From the NCBI GenBank assembly GCA_964458115.1, contig CAYWIC010000001.1, positions 11,984 through 75,983 on the forward strand: a stretch of DNA of 64,000 nucleotides, in the 5' to 3' direction. This document shows, one piece after another, positions 36,354-44,167 of this stretch. The DNA is from an uncultured Anaerolineales bacterium. Lineage in GTDB: Bacteria; Chloroflexota; Anaerolineae; Anaerolineales; UBA11858. Below the pieces are notes generated by a model. That model was not told the DNA's origin, made no database searches, and worked only from the letters and a program-made list of their open reading frames with translations. Position 1 is the stretch's first letter; each line of letters begins with the position of its first letter. The position numbers were made by a program, and so were the translations under genes.

Positions 36354-37547
36354 ATGTATGAAAGGGTGATTTTTGACTTCCTAATGGTTCTCATCCCCAT
36401 CTTGGCCATCGTCGCAGTGATCAGGGCGGTTTATCGGGGATCGTATATGGCAGAGGATACGATAGAGGCTTGGAAAGGCTCACGTATTCGCAATATCAAG
36501 CGTGAGGGCCGCGTCATTGTGTCGGATGATGTAATTATTCAACTTTTCAAGGGACTTAGTCGCTTTGCCAGTACGGTTGTAGTTTTGGTAGGTATGGCCA
36601 TCTATATTCCACTGGTGTTGAATCTGTTTCCTTCTACAAAATGGGTGGCGGAAAGCATTTTTACCTCGGCGACAGACAAACTAATTGCTTTCAAGGACGC
36701 TCTGATTGCCTTCCTTCCGACTTTACTTTTCTTGATTGCTGTTGGTCTAATAGTACATTTCATCATAGGCGCTGTGAAGCTTTTCTTCCTTGAGATCGAA
36801 ATTGGTGATATTGAAATCCCCAGGTTTCATAGAGATTGGGCTCAACCAAGTTTTCAGATGGTACGTGGGGTAATTGTCATGATCACCGCCTTGTATATGT
36901 ATTCACAAATTCCTGGCAGTCAAACTGTCACAGTACAAGGAGCTGTCGTAATCACCTCGTTACTGGCTGGGATTGGAGCGCGTGACATTATTACCGATAT
37001 GGTTTCCGGTTTGGTGCTAACGTTTTCACGCACCTTTAGTATTGGTGATTTTGTAGAAATCGGCAATGTGAGCGGCAGGGTCGGTGAAAAATCTCTCCTG
37101 GTGACACGCATCCGAACCCCGCAAGGTGAAGAGGTATCGATCCCGAACGGCAAAGTATTACGAAACCAGGTAGTCAATGTCAGTAGCCTGAAGATGAGTA
37201 AACCCTTGTTGAAAACATCCGTTACAGTCAGTTATCAAGAAGATTGGCGCCGTGTGCAAGATCTGCTGCAAAAGGCTGTTGAGAGCACCCCCGAAATTCT
37301 ATCCGATCCTGCTCCGAATGTCCTCCAATCCAGCTTAGATGATTTTTACGTGCAGTACCAGCTCATTTTCTTCATAGATTTTACGGACAGCAAACTAAAG
37401 AAAATGAATATTTTAACCAATCTTCACCAAAATATTCGCGATCTATTCGAAGAGGCTGGTGTGAATTTGATTACACCGCAATATATGAGTTCTTGGGCTG
37501 AAGCATTAGATAGCGGTTCTGTAGAGTCTGAGATAAAAGGTCAATAG
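36354..37547 (+). CDS. mechanosensitive ion channel (MscS family)
   Basis: TM helices followed by VSGLVLTFSRTFSIGDFVEIGNVSGRVGEKSLLVTRIRTPQGEEVSIPNG. The ATG at 36354 follows AAAGGAGG. Confidence 0.8.
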   Translation: MYERVIFDFLMVLIPILAIVAVIRAVYRGSYMAEDTIEAWKGSRIRNIKREGRVIVSDDVIIQLFKGLSRFASTVVVLVGMAIYIPLVLNLFPSTKWVAESIFTSATDKLIAFKDALIAFLPTLLFLIAVGLIVHFIIGAVKLFFLEIEIGDIEIPRFHRDWAQPSFQMVRGVIVMITALYMYSQIPGSQTVTVQGAVVITSLLAGIGARDIITDMVSGLVLTFSRTFSIGDFVEIGNVSGRVGEKSLLVTRIRTPQGEEVSIPNGKVLRNQVVNVSSLKMSKPLLKTSVTVSYQEDWRRVQDLLQKAVESTPEILSDPAPNVLQSSLDDFYVQYQLIFFIDFTDSKLKKMNILTNLHQNIRDLFEEAGVNLITPQYMSSWAEALDSGSVESEIKGQ

Positions 37548-37567
37548 AGCAAAGTGAGGTTATTATC

Positions 37568-38545
37568 ATGGTTAGTTTAGTAAAAAGAGTACTTGGCAAC
37601 CTAGCATTTGATTTTGGGCTGCTGTTATTCCTGGCGGCGATGGTTTCAATCCTTAGTTTGTTTGGCCTAAGGCGAATTCGGGCGGATTACAAGGAATTAA
37701 TCGAACATAGCTTTGAAATTGAGCGCCTGACAGCAAAGATCGAGATCGATTTGCTTAGAGCTGTTGAGCTTGAAGAACAATTTCTTTTGCAATTGGAACA
37801 TGAAGGATTTGAAGCTGCTGCCGAAAACTACCTCGTTCCTCACAAGGAGTTCACAGACAACCTGGAAGATGATATCGCCCAACTGATGGATTTAGTTAAA
37901 GATCACGAGGTATTGGGTGATGAAGAGATTGAAAAGAATCTCAAGCAAGTAATAGAGAAAGTCAACCGCTATGAGGCCAATTACGAATTATTGATCCAGG
38001 ATGTTGAGAAACGTGGCACACTTGAATCTGGTCTTGAAGGCAATTTTCGTAATCGCGCAGCCTATGTAGACAATCTCATTTCCTCTCATGGAAACCATTT
38101 TGAGATGCACTACACGCTTTGCAAAATGCGCTTTCATGAAGAAGAATATCTACTTGTCCGTGATCCAAAGTTGGCTGAAACCGTTAATCTTTGGTACCAC
38201 GATTTGGCTATCCAGGTACAAGAATCAGATCTACCACGGGCTGAGATCGCGACGATCTCATTTGAGCTGGAATTCTACGACAACGAATTTCTAGATGTCG
38301 TAGAAATTGACCAAGAAATTGATAGACTGCATTCTGAAATACGCGCATTAGTTGATGAAATTTCCTACATCGCGGAAGATATCGATCGCATTGCCCGCGA
38401 AGAAGCCGCACGCGATTTAGATGATGCAGATAAAGTGGCCCGACAAACCATTCAACTGGTTACGATGAGCGTTGTCGTAATTTTGGTATTTGGCCTCGGC
38501 TTGGCACTGGCCATGTCTTTACAGATGCGCAAGGGTGATGAATGA
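37568..38545 (+). CDS. hypothetical bitopic membrane protein with long helical (sensor-like) ectodomain
   Basis: TM helices at the N- and C-termini with a helical, Glu-rich region between them. There is no output domain. Confidence 0.45.
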   Translation: MVSLVKRVLGNLAFDFGLLLFLAAMVSILSLFGLRRIRADYKELIEHSFEIERLTAKIEIDLLRAVELEEQFLLQLEHEGFEAAAENYLVPHKEFTDNLEDDIAQLMDLVKDHEVLGDEEIEKNLKQVIEKVNRYEANYELLIQDVEKRGTLESGLEGNFRNRAAYVDNLISSHGNHFEMHYTLCKMRFHEEEYLLVRDPKLAETVNLWYHDLAIQVQESDLPRAEIATISFELEFYDNEFLDVVEIDQEIDRLHSEIRALVDEISYIAEDIDRIAREEAARDLDDADKVARQTIQLVTMSVVVILVFGLGLALAMSLQMRKGDE

Positions 38546-38577
38546 GGCGTAATCATAGCGGATTAGTGCAAGGCAGC

Positions 38578-40110
38578 CTAAGGTCTGTTCTCAGGAATGC
38601 AAACAAGCTGTGATTGCCTGATTTGACAAGAGCCGCTAACTTCCTTGTTGGGGTGTTGGATGGTACAAGCCGCGCCGACGACCAAGCTTTTGCAGGCATC
38701 TAACGCCCTTTGGTGTTGTTCGTTGTTCCTTTGAGTGCCTTCTGCTTCCGGGGGCTCAGCTATGAGCGTTTCCCCAGGTTCAAGGGTCAGGTTAGCCAAT
38801 CCTGGGTAATCGGCAGCGAATTTTGTCATGCGAAAGACATTATCGCCAAAATCATAGCTCCAGACGATTTCGCCCTCTTGCGTGACCTCGAAGAAATAGC
38901 CATTGGTGCCGCTGCAGATAAGCGTATTGCCATTGGGCAAACGCTGCGCCCCGGAGATGTGGTCGGCGAAGAAGTCGGTGGGGTTATCGGCCGCGTACGT
39001 CCAGGTGGGAGCCTCGGGACCAAATGCTGCACCAGGTGTCAGGTTATAGCTGCCATCATCGTTTAAGGGCGGAATGATTTCATCTATGGTGGAGTAGGCA
39101 CGGGCAGCCTTGTGCCCGTTGTTGAACACTAAGATATTGCCTCCACCAGGATAATCGGTGGGAATCCATTGAGTGTCATGCTGAACATAAAGCTGTCGAT
39201 CATCTGCGGTTCCAGAGTCATAGGCCTCAGGGTTGCCCCAACGATAGAGTAGGTCACCCGCGGGTCCGGCCGCTTCTTCGGTGGTTGTGTCGTGATCGAT
39301 AATCCAAATCTCGCTAAACCCATGCACGCTGAGCATAATCTGGTCCAGTTCAGGGTTGTAGTCGATGGCATTGGTGTGGTTCCAGTCCGCGCTGGGTTCG
39401 CGAGCGATGTGATTTAGATTGATCAACTCAGGATGCTCGGATACTGTGCCGTAGTTCTCTTTGGTGGCATCGTAATCCTGAATGAGATGATCCCAGACAT
39501 GCCACTCCCAGACGATTTGATCGGTGCTGGGATCCACCTCGATGATGTGATCTGGCCAGAGTTCGCCGTCCTTCAGCAAGCTAGGATCGCGCCCGGCGGC
39601 GATGGCTTCGGCGCGTGTCTTATACTCCCAGGCGATCATCAGGATGTTACCGTTGGGAAGTTGCTCGATATCGTGATGCAGTTGCACCTGGTTGTTGGCA
39701 TATCTGAATTCCCAGACGATAGTATTGTCGGGGGCGATCTCTTGCACCACTCCGCCAGATCCACCGGCATCGAATACGCCTGTTTTTTCCGTGCCGGGTT
39801 GCAGTAGGTTGCCGTTCTCCAACAGATAGACCGAATTACCAGGGGTGTAGTCGCTCTCCCAGGTGTAGAAGGCCACGCCCTCGGCGTTCATCAGGTGCGT
39901 TTCAGTGGAACGGATCGGGGAGAAAAAATATAGCCCTTCGGATGCGATCTGTTCTTCTGGGGATGGCACATTGTTTTTAACAGAATCATCTGTTACCGAA
40001 TCTTCGCTCGTAGCCTCAGCGATTGTTTGATCAGTGAAGCCTGCGAGGAGTGAACAGGCCAGAGTAGTGATGAGGGTAATCGTGATCAGGAGAATTTTTT
40101 TGCTGTGCAT
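38578..40110 (-). CDS. arylsulfotransferase (ASST)-like beta-propeller lipoprotein with C-terminal 4-Cys module
   Basis: Lipobox LITTLAC, then LENGNLL, HHDIEQLPNGNIL, WHVWDHL, DWNHTNAIDYN and SEIWIIDH motifs. The C-terminus is QRALDACKSLVVGAACTIQHPNKEVSGSCQIRQSQLVCIPENRP. Confidence 0.6.
   Translation of the reverse strand: MHSKKILLITITLITTLACSLLAGFTDQTIAEATSEDSVTDDSVKNNVPSPEEQIASEGLYFFSPIRSTETHLMNAEGVAFYTWESDYTPGNSVYLLENGNLLQPGTEKTGVFDAGGSGGVVQEIAPDNTIVWEFRYANNQVQLHHDIEQLPNGNILMIAWEYKTRAEAIAAGRDPSLLKDGELWPDHIIEVDPSTDQIVWEWHVWDHLIQDYDATKENYGTVSEHPELINLNHIAREPSADWNHTNAIDYNPELDQIMLSVHGFSEIWIIDHDTTTEEAAGPAGDLLYRWGNPEAYDSGTADDRQLYVQHDTQWIPTDYPGGGNILVFNNGHKAARAYSTIDEIIPPLNDDGSYNLTPGAAFGPEAPTWTYAADNPTDFFADHISGAQRLPNGNTLICSGTNGYFFEVTQEGEIVWSYDFGDNVFRMTKFAADYPGLANLTLEPGETLIAEPPEAEGTQRNNEQHQRALDACKSLVVGAACTIQHPNKEVSGSCQIRQSQLVCIPENRP
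38581..38712 (-). other. 4-Cys module, copy in ASST-like protein 1
   Basis: QRALDAC-x7-AC-x11-C-x8-CIPEN. Confidence 0.6.
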
Positions 40111-40166
40111 GTTGGTTTGCTCTGCGTATCATTCTTAGAGATGAAAAATTCATATAGTTGGAGTTG

Positions 40167-41495
40167 TTAGTCCGATGGAGCGTCATCTAGCGGGGTGCCG
40201 TCGAAACCGGGGTAGTCAGGGTAGTAGCGCTCGACGCGGAATACAGCGTTCCGATCGGGATCGGGCTCTTGGACCTGGTATTCCCAAACCTTTTCGCATG
40301 ATGGGGTCACCTCGAAGAGGTAGGAGTTCCCCCCATGGCAAGTCAGTGTGTTGCCATTGGGAAGTCGTTGAGCTCCCGAGATGGATTTTGCGTAGAAGTC
40401 GGTGGGGGGCTCTGCTGTGTAAATCCAAACTGGGTCGCTGGGACTGTATGCGGAGCCCGCATCAAGGGGATAACTGCCATCGGAGTTCACCGGCGATATG
40501 ATCTCGACGATCGAAGAGTATCTCCCTTCGGGGCGTCTCATGCCGTTGTTGAAGACCAGGATATTCCCCTCACCTGGCAGCCCAGCGCCGATCCACTCGG
40601 CATCGTGTTGGTGAAAGAGCTGCTGATCGGCGGCAGTCCCTGCATCGTATGTTTGGGGGTTGCCCCAGCGATAGAGCAGGTCACCGCCCATCCCGCTATT
40701 GCCACCTGTGTGACCAGCCGCTTCAGCAGTTGTTGTGCTGTGGTCGATGATCCAAACTTCGCTGAAGCTGTGGACACTCAGCAAAATCTGATCCAGTTCG
40801 GCGTTGTAATCAACGGCGTTGGAGTGGAACCAATCGGCGGCATTGAACCCGACATAGTTCAGGTCAATCAGCTCGGGGTGGTTGGCAACGACGCCGAAGT
40901 TATCTTTGGTGGTATCATAATCCTGAACGAGATGATCCCAGGCATACCATTCCCAGACAATATCGCCCGATTTGGGCCCGGTGGGTTGCACCTCGATGAT
41001 ACTGCCTGGCCACAACTCGCCATCGTTCAAAAGCGATGGATCGCGACCTGCGGCGAGGGCCTCAGCCTCAGTCTTGTACTGCCAGGCGATCATCAGCACG
41101 TTGCCGTTGGGCAGCATCTCGACGTCATGGTGCTGCAAGTGTGTGTTGCTGGAGTACTCGTACTCCCAAGTGACATTTCCATCCCAGTCGATCAACTGGA
41201 CGATGCCGCCAGCACCGTCCGCTCTGAAGATGCGGTTACGCGCACCGCCAGTGTAAAGTAGTTGGCCGTTTTCCAAGAAGTAAACTACATTGCCAGGTTT
41301 GTAGTTGGTTTCCCAGGAGTGGACTATGTTGCCTTCAGTGTCCACCAGGTTGACTGTCGTTGTGTGGAGTAATACGAACAGGTTGTAGCCTTCCGTGCCA
41401 GGTTCTTCCTGACCAGCGAAAGCGCTCATAAATGTCAAGGCTAAAACCAACCCCGTGATGAAAATGATGGGGATGATGCGGATGATTTCCTTCAT
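40167..41495 (-). CDS. arylsulfotransferase (ASST)-like beta-propeller protein, paralog without 4-Cys module
   Basis: The same motif set: LENGQLL, HHDVEMLPNGNVL, WYAWDHL, DWFHSNAVDYN and SEVWIIDH. The ATG at 41495 (MKEIIRIIPIIF signal) follows GGAG. Confidence 0.6.
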   Translation of the reverse strand: MKEIIRIIPIIFITGLVLALTFMSAFAGQEEPGTEGYNLFVLLHTTTVNLVDTEGNIVHSWETNYKPGNVVYFLENGQLLYTGGARNRIFRADGAGGIVQLIDWDGNVTWEYEYSSNTHLQHHDVEMLPNGNVLMIAWQYKTEAEALAAGRDPSLLNDGELWPGSIIEVQPTGPKSGDIVWEWYAWDHLVQDYDTTKDNFGVVANHPELIDLNYVGFNAADWFHSNAVDYNAELDQILLSVHSFSEVWIIDHSTTTAEAAGHTGGNSGMGGDLLYRWGNPQTYDAGTAADQQLFHQHDAEWIGAGLPGEGNILVFNNGMRRPEGRYSSIVEIISPVNSDGSYPLDAGSAYSPSDPVWIYTAEPPTDFYAKSISGAQRLPNGNTLTCHGGNSYLFEVTPSCEKVWEYQVQEPDPDRNAVFRVERYYPDYPGFDGTPLDDAPSD

Positions 41496-41506
41496 GCTGA
41501 TCTCCA

Positions 41507-41565
41507 TTCTTCCCTCACCCCCAACCCCTCTCGCTCAGCGAGAGGGGTTGGGGGTGAGGGAAGAA
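41507..41565. repeat. 59-bp near-perfect palindrome filling the intercistronic gap
   Basis: TTCTTCCCTCACCCCCAACCCCTCTCGCT-C-AGCGAGAGGGGTTGGGGGTGAGGGAAGAA, located between the stop at 41568 and the downstream start. Confidence 0.8.
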
Positions 41566-41567
41566 AT

Positions 41568-43166
41568 CTATGGTTGCCCTCCTGAGCCCGTCGAAGGGCC
41601 ACCCTCTGGAGGCGGTCCACCACCGCCAGGGCCACCTTCGGGCACACAAGCTAGCGTACTTTGGATATTTGTACAGCTACCGTCTAGGGTTCCTCGTGGA
41701 GTATTGATGGTACAGGCTGCCCCTTCACTCGAGGCTGAACAAGCATCGATGGCTTCCTGGGGGGGTGATCCCTGATCGCCCGGGCCTTGTCCCAAACCAG
41801 TTGAAGGGAGTTGGCCAGCTTGCTGCTGAGATTGACTTGCAAACTCAGAACCAGTTCCAATGTTTGGGTCCGTTTCGCCGCCGGTGAGAACTTCTCCGGT
41901 GGTGCCGCCGGTTACGCAGCGGGCATAGTTGTAGATGCGTACGGCGTCACCTTGCGGGCCATGGCCTGTTGGATAAACAGAAGGATCACCACTTTTTTGC
42001 TCAGCCCGTTGAGCCCCAGCGCCATGGACATCCATCCAGGTGCCGTTCATATAGCCCATCGAGCGACCGAAGTTGATGTATACACCCGAACGACTAAAGC
42101 CATCAGCATTGGTGTGTGTGGTGCTGCTCCAATAGGCTGGATAATCTGATTGACCAGCTTCGTTCGTGATCAGAGTGACATTGAAGATAGGATCGATGGC
42201 TGCTGAGTTGGTTGTGTCTGGTGAGCGAGAGTAATCGATGATGCTGTGCAACTCTTTGGCATTGGGGAGACGCCAATCGCTAATTCCACCATAATCCAGG
42301 CTGGAGCAGTAATTCAAAGCACCTTCCCAGTCCAGTGAATTACCGCTATCGGATTGCATCCAGGTCAGGCCGGTTGCATTGTCGGTTACCATGCCGTTGC
42401 CCTCATCGACGAATTCGTTGACTCCGTAGCTGGTGTTGTCGCGTACGTAGATTACGAAGAAAGTTTTGGCAGAGCGGCCATGCAGCGCTTCAGTCCCGTA
42501 GCCCTTGATGCGTCCATCGGCAAAGTTGACACCAAACATGGTTTCATGGCCGTTCATGGTGGTGCTGACATATCTGGTGCTGGTAGCCCACTGAGAGTCG
42601 ATGATACGATCACCGCTGGATGTGTCTCCATACTTGAAGACGAAGTAATCGGTATCGATGAAAGGAATTCCTGTGCAGGTTCCTTCTTCGACACACCGGC
42701 TGACGTCGGTGCCGCTGAAATCGATCAATGAATAAAGCTCTTTGATGGTAGGTAAGCGCCAATCGTTGTACCCACCCAAAGTCAGACTGGAAGCACCCGC
42801 AACCGCTTGGTTGTAGGTCATCTTCTCGCCAGGATCCTGCTGCCATATCAAACCTGTCACCAGGTCGGTCACTGTGCCGTCACCATTATCCTGGTAGCTT
42901 GCCTGGGTGCCGACGACCTGACCATCCTGTCCGTAGAAGGATTTGCCTTCTTCGGGGCAGGGGATGCTGGTTGAATCGCTATAGCAGTATTCCTGTCCAG
43001 TATCAACGATGGCATAACTATAGACAGATGCGTTGGCAGTGTCTTGCTCTGCAGTTGGGGCAAGTGAGTCAGCGCTAACTGAAGTCAGAGGGTAGACTGC
43101 TCCGCTGGCTGATAATATGAAAGCGATTGCGATTGCAATCATTAGGGTTTTTCTTTTCTTGTTCAT
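41568..43166 (-). CDS. secreted protein with two DUF1566 (Lcl C-terminal-like) domains and C-terminal 4-Cys module
   Basis: A signal peptide, then WRLPTIKELYSLID and WRLPNAKELHSIID motifs. The C-terminus is PPQEAIDACSASSEGAACTINTPRGTLDGSCTNIQSTLACVPEG plus a Gly/Pro tail. Confidence 0.65.
   Translation of the reverse strand: MNKKRKTLMIAIAIAFILSASGAVYPLTSVSADSLAPTAEQDTANASVYSYAIVDTGQEYCYSDSTSIPCPEEGKSFYGQDGQVVGTQASYQDNGDGTVTDLVTGLIWQQDPGEKMTYNQAVAGASSLTLGGYNDWRLPTIKELYSLIDFSGTDVSRCVEEGTCTGIPFIDTDYFVFKYGDTSSGDRIIDSQWATSTRYVSTTMNGHETMFGVNFADGRIKGYGTEALHGRSAKTFFVIYVRDNTSYGVNEFVDEGNGMVTDNATGLTWMQSDSGNSLDWEGALNYCSSLDYGGISDWRLPNAKELHSIIDYSRSPDTTNSAAIDPIFNVTLITNEAGQSDYPAYWSSTTHTNADGFSRSGVYINFGRSMGYMNGTWMDVHGAGAQRAEQKSGDPSVYPTGHGPQGDAVRIYNYARCVTGGTTGEVLTGGETDPNIGTGSEFASQSQQQAGQLPSTGLGQGPGDQGSPPQEAIDACSASSEGAACTINTPRGTLDGSCTNIQSTLACVPEGGPGGGGPPPEGGPSTGSGGQP
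41634..41765 (-). other. 4-Cys module, copy in DUF1566 protein
   Basis: PPQEAIDAC-x8-C-x12-C-x8-CVPEG. Confidence 0.6.
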
Positions 43167-43202
43167 GGTTTGCTCCTTGATTATACAAGTAATCTTGGGT
43201 AG

Positions 43203-43240
43203 ATATTAGCAAACGCATGTTCAGAAGTTGTTTAGAAGTT
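43203..43240 (-). promoter_or_regulatory. regulon promoter (b)
   Basis: The coding strand reads ACTTCTAAACA ACTTCTGAACA, then 9 bp containing TGC, then TAATAT. On the forward strand the repeats are at 43218 and 43229 and the hexamer at 43203-43208. Confidence 0.6.
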
Positions 43241-43394
43241 TTGTGGATTCTATTGGTTTCTTGGGAGGTACCACGTACCCCAAAATTTGGATGATCCCAC
43301 GGCGTTCCCCAGAGCCCCCCCTTTCCCCCAATTATTGGTTGGCTAATTTTCCTTCCTCAAATAGCGCGTGTGTGCCAATACCCCGGGATTGGCA

Positions 43395-43955
43395 TCAATT
43401 TGGGTTACAGATTGAATGAATCAGTTGGACATGAGGCTGTTTTTGATCCCAAGCCGAAAGGGGGGGTGGGTTGAAATCTGAAATTTGATTCTTCCCTATT
43501 GCTTTGGCGGCTTGCTGGCGAAATTGGGCTGTTTCAACAGAACCCCCAATCCCTATGCTGACTTGAAAGCCGAGCTCATTGATTTGCCCAAGGATTCTCT
43601 CGGCGATATCCTTTGCCTCAGCGACCGTTGTATCATATAGCAGGACTGCAAATTCATCTCCTCCCCAATGGCTGACCAAGTCTGTTTTCCTGACATGCTG
43701 AACAACGCTAACCGCTACAGCTTTTATGGCCATATCTCCAGCATGATATCCTTGTTCCCGGTTTATTTCCTTAAGATTATCCAGATCGATAAAAAGAGCA
43801 ATAAACCCACCCTCAAGTGTTGCAATTTCAAAAGCCTCTCTCGTTGGTAATCGTGTCAGGGGATTGCGAACATAAAAAGGCTTTGAATCACGAAGTACCC
43901 AATCAGCGATCATAAAGCGTAAGCGATTGATAAGGGTGGCATGTATTCCTAGCAT
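43395..43955 (-). CDS. stand-alone GGDEF diguanylate cyclase (no sensor domain)
   Basis: RKTDLVSHWGGDEFAVLL carries an intact GGDEF motif with an RxxD I-site five residues upstream. Only about 186 aa. Confidence 0.85.
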   Translation of the reverse strand: MLGIHATLINRLRFMIADWVLRDSKPFYVRNPLTRLPTREAFEIATLEGGFIALFIDLDNLKEINREQGYHAGDMAIKAVAVSVVQHVRKTDLVSHWGGDEFAVLLYDTTVAEAKDIAERILGQINELGFQVSIGIGGSVETAQFRQQAAKAIGKNQISDFNPPPLSAWDQKQPHVQLIHSICNPN

Positions 43956-44002
43956 CTCTATTTCCTCTCTGGAGTATCAATTCCAAACCATTTGGTGCAA
44001 GG

Positions 44003-44040
44003 ATCGTACCAATTCGTTGTTCAGAAGCTGTTTAGGAGCA
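44003..44040 (-). promoter_or_regulatory. regulon promoter (c)
   Basis: The coding strand reads CTCCTAAACA GCTTCTGAACA, then 9 bp containing TGG, then TACGAT. On the forward strand the repeats are at 44018 and 44029 and the hexamer at 44003-44008. Confidence 0.55.
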
Positions 44041-44085
44041 TTGAATAAATCATGTAGGTCCTTCCCCTGGAATTTAGGAATATGT

Positions 44086-44126
44086 AAAAAACAGCAAGTA
44101 CCGCCTTCACCTCTTGCTGTTTTTTA
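44086..44126 (-). terminator. intrinsic terminator of acs
   Basis: AAAAAACAGCAAG-loop-CTTGCTGTTTTTT, about 45 nt after the acs stop. Confidence 0.7.
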
Positions 44127-44167
44127 CTAACCACCCCTTTGATTAGTATTTTGAAGTTGAAAACCTG

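Noticed and set aside
40335-41261. 308-aa ORF on the plus strand
   Set aside because: It is antisense to the ASST-like gene. The minus-strand frame has a paralog next door with the same motif set.
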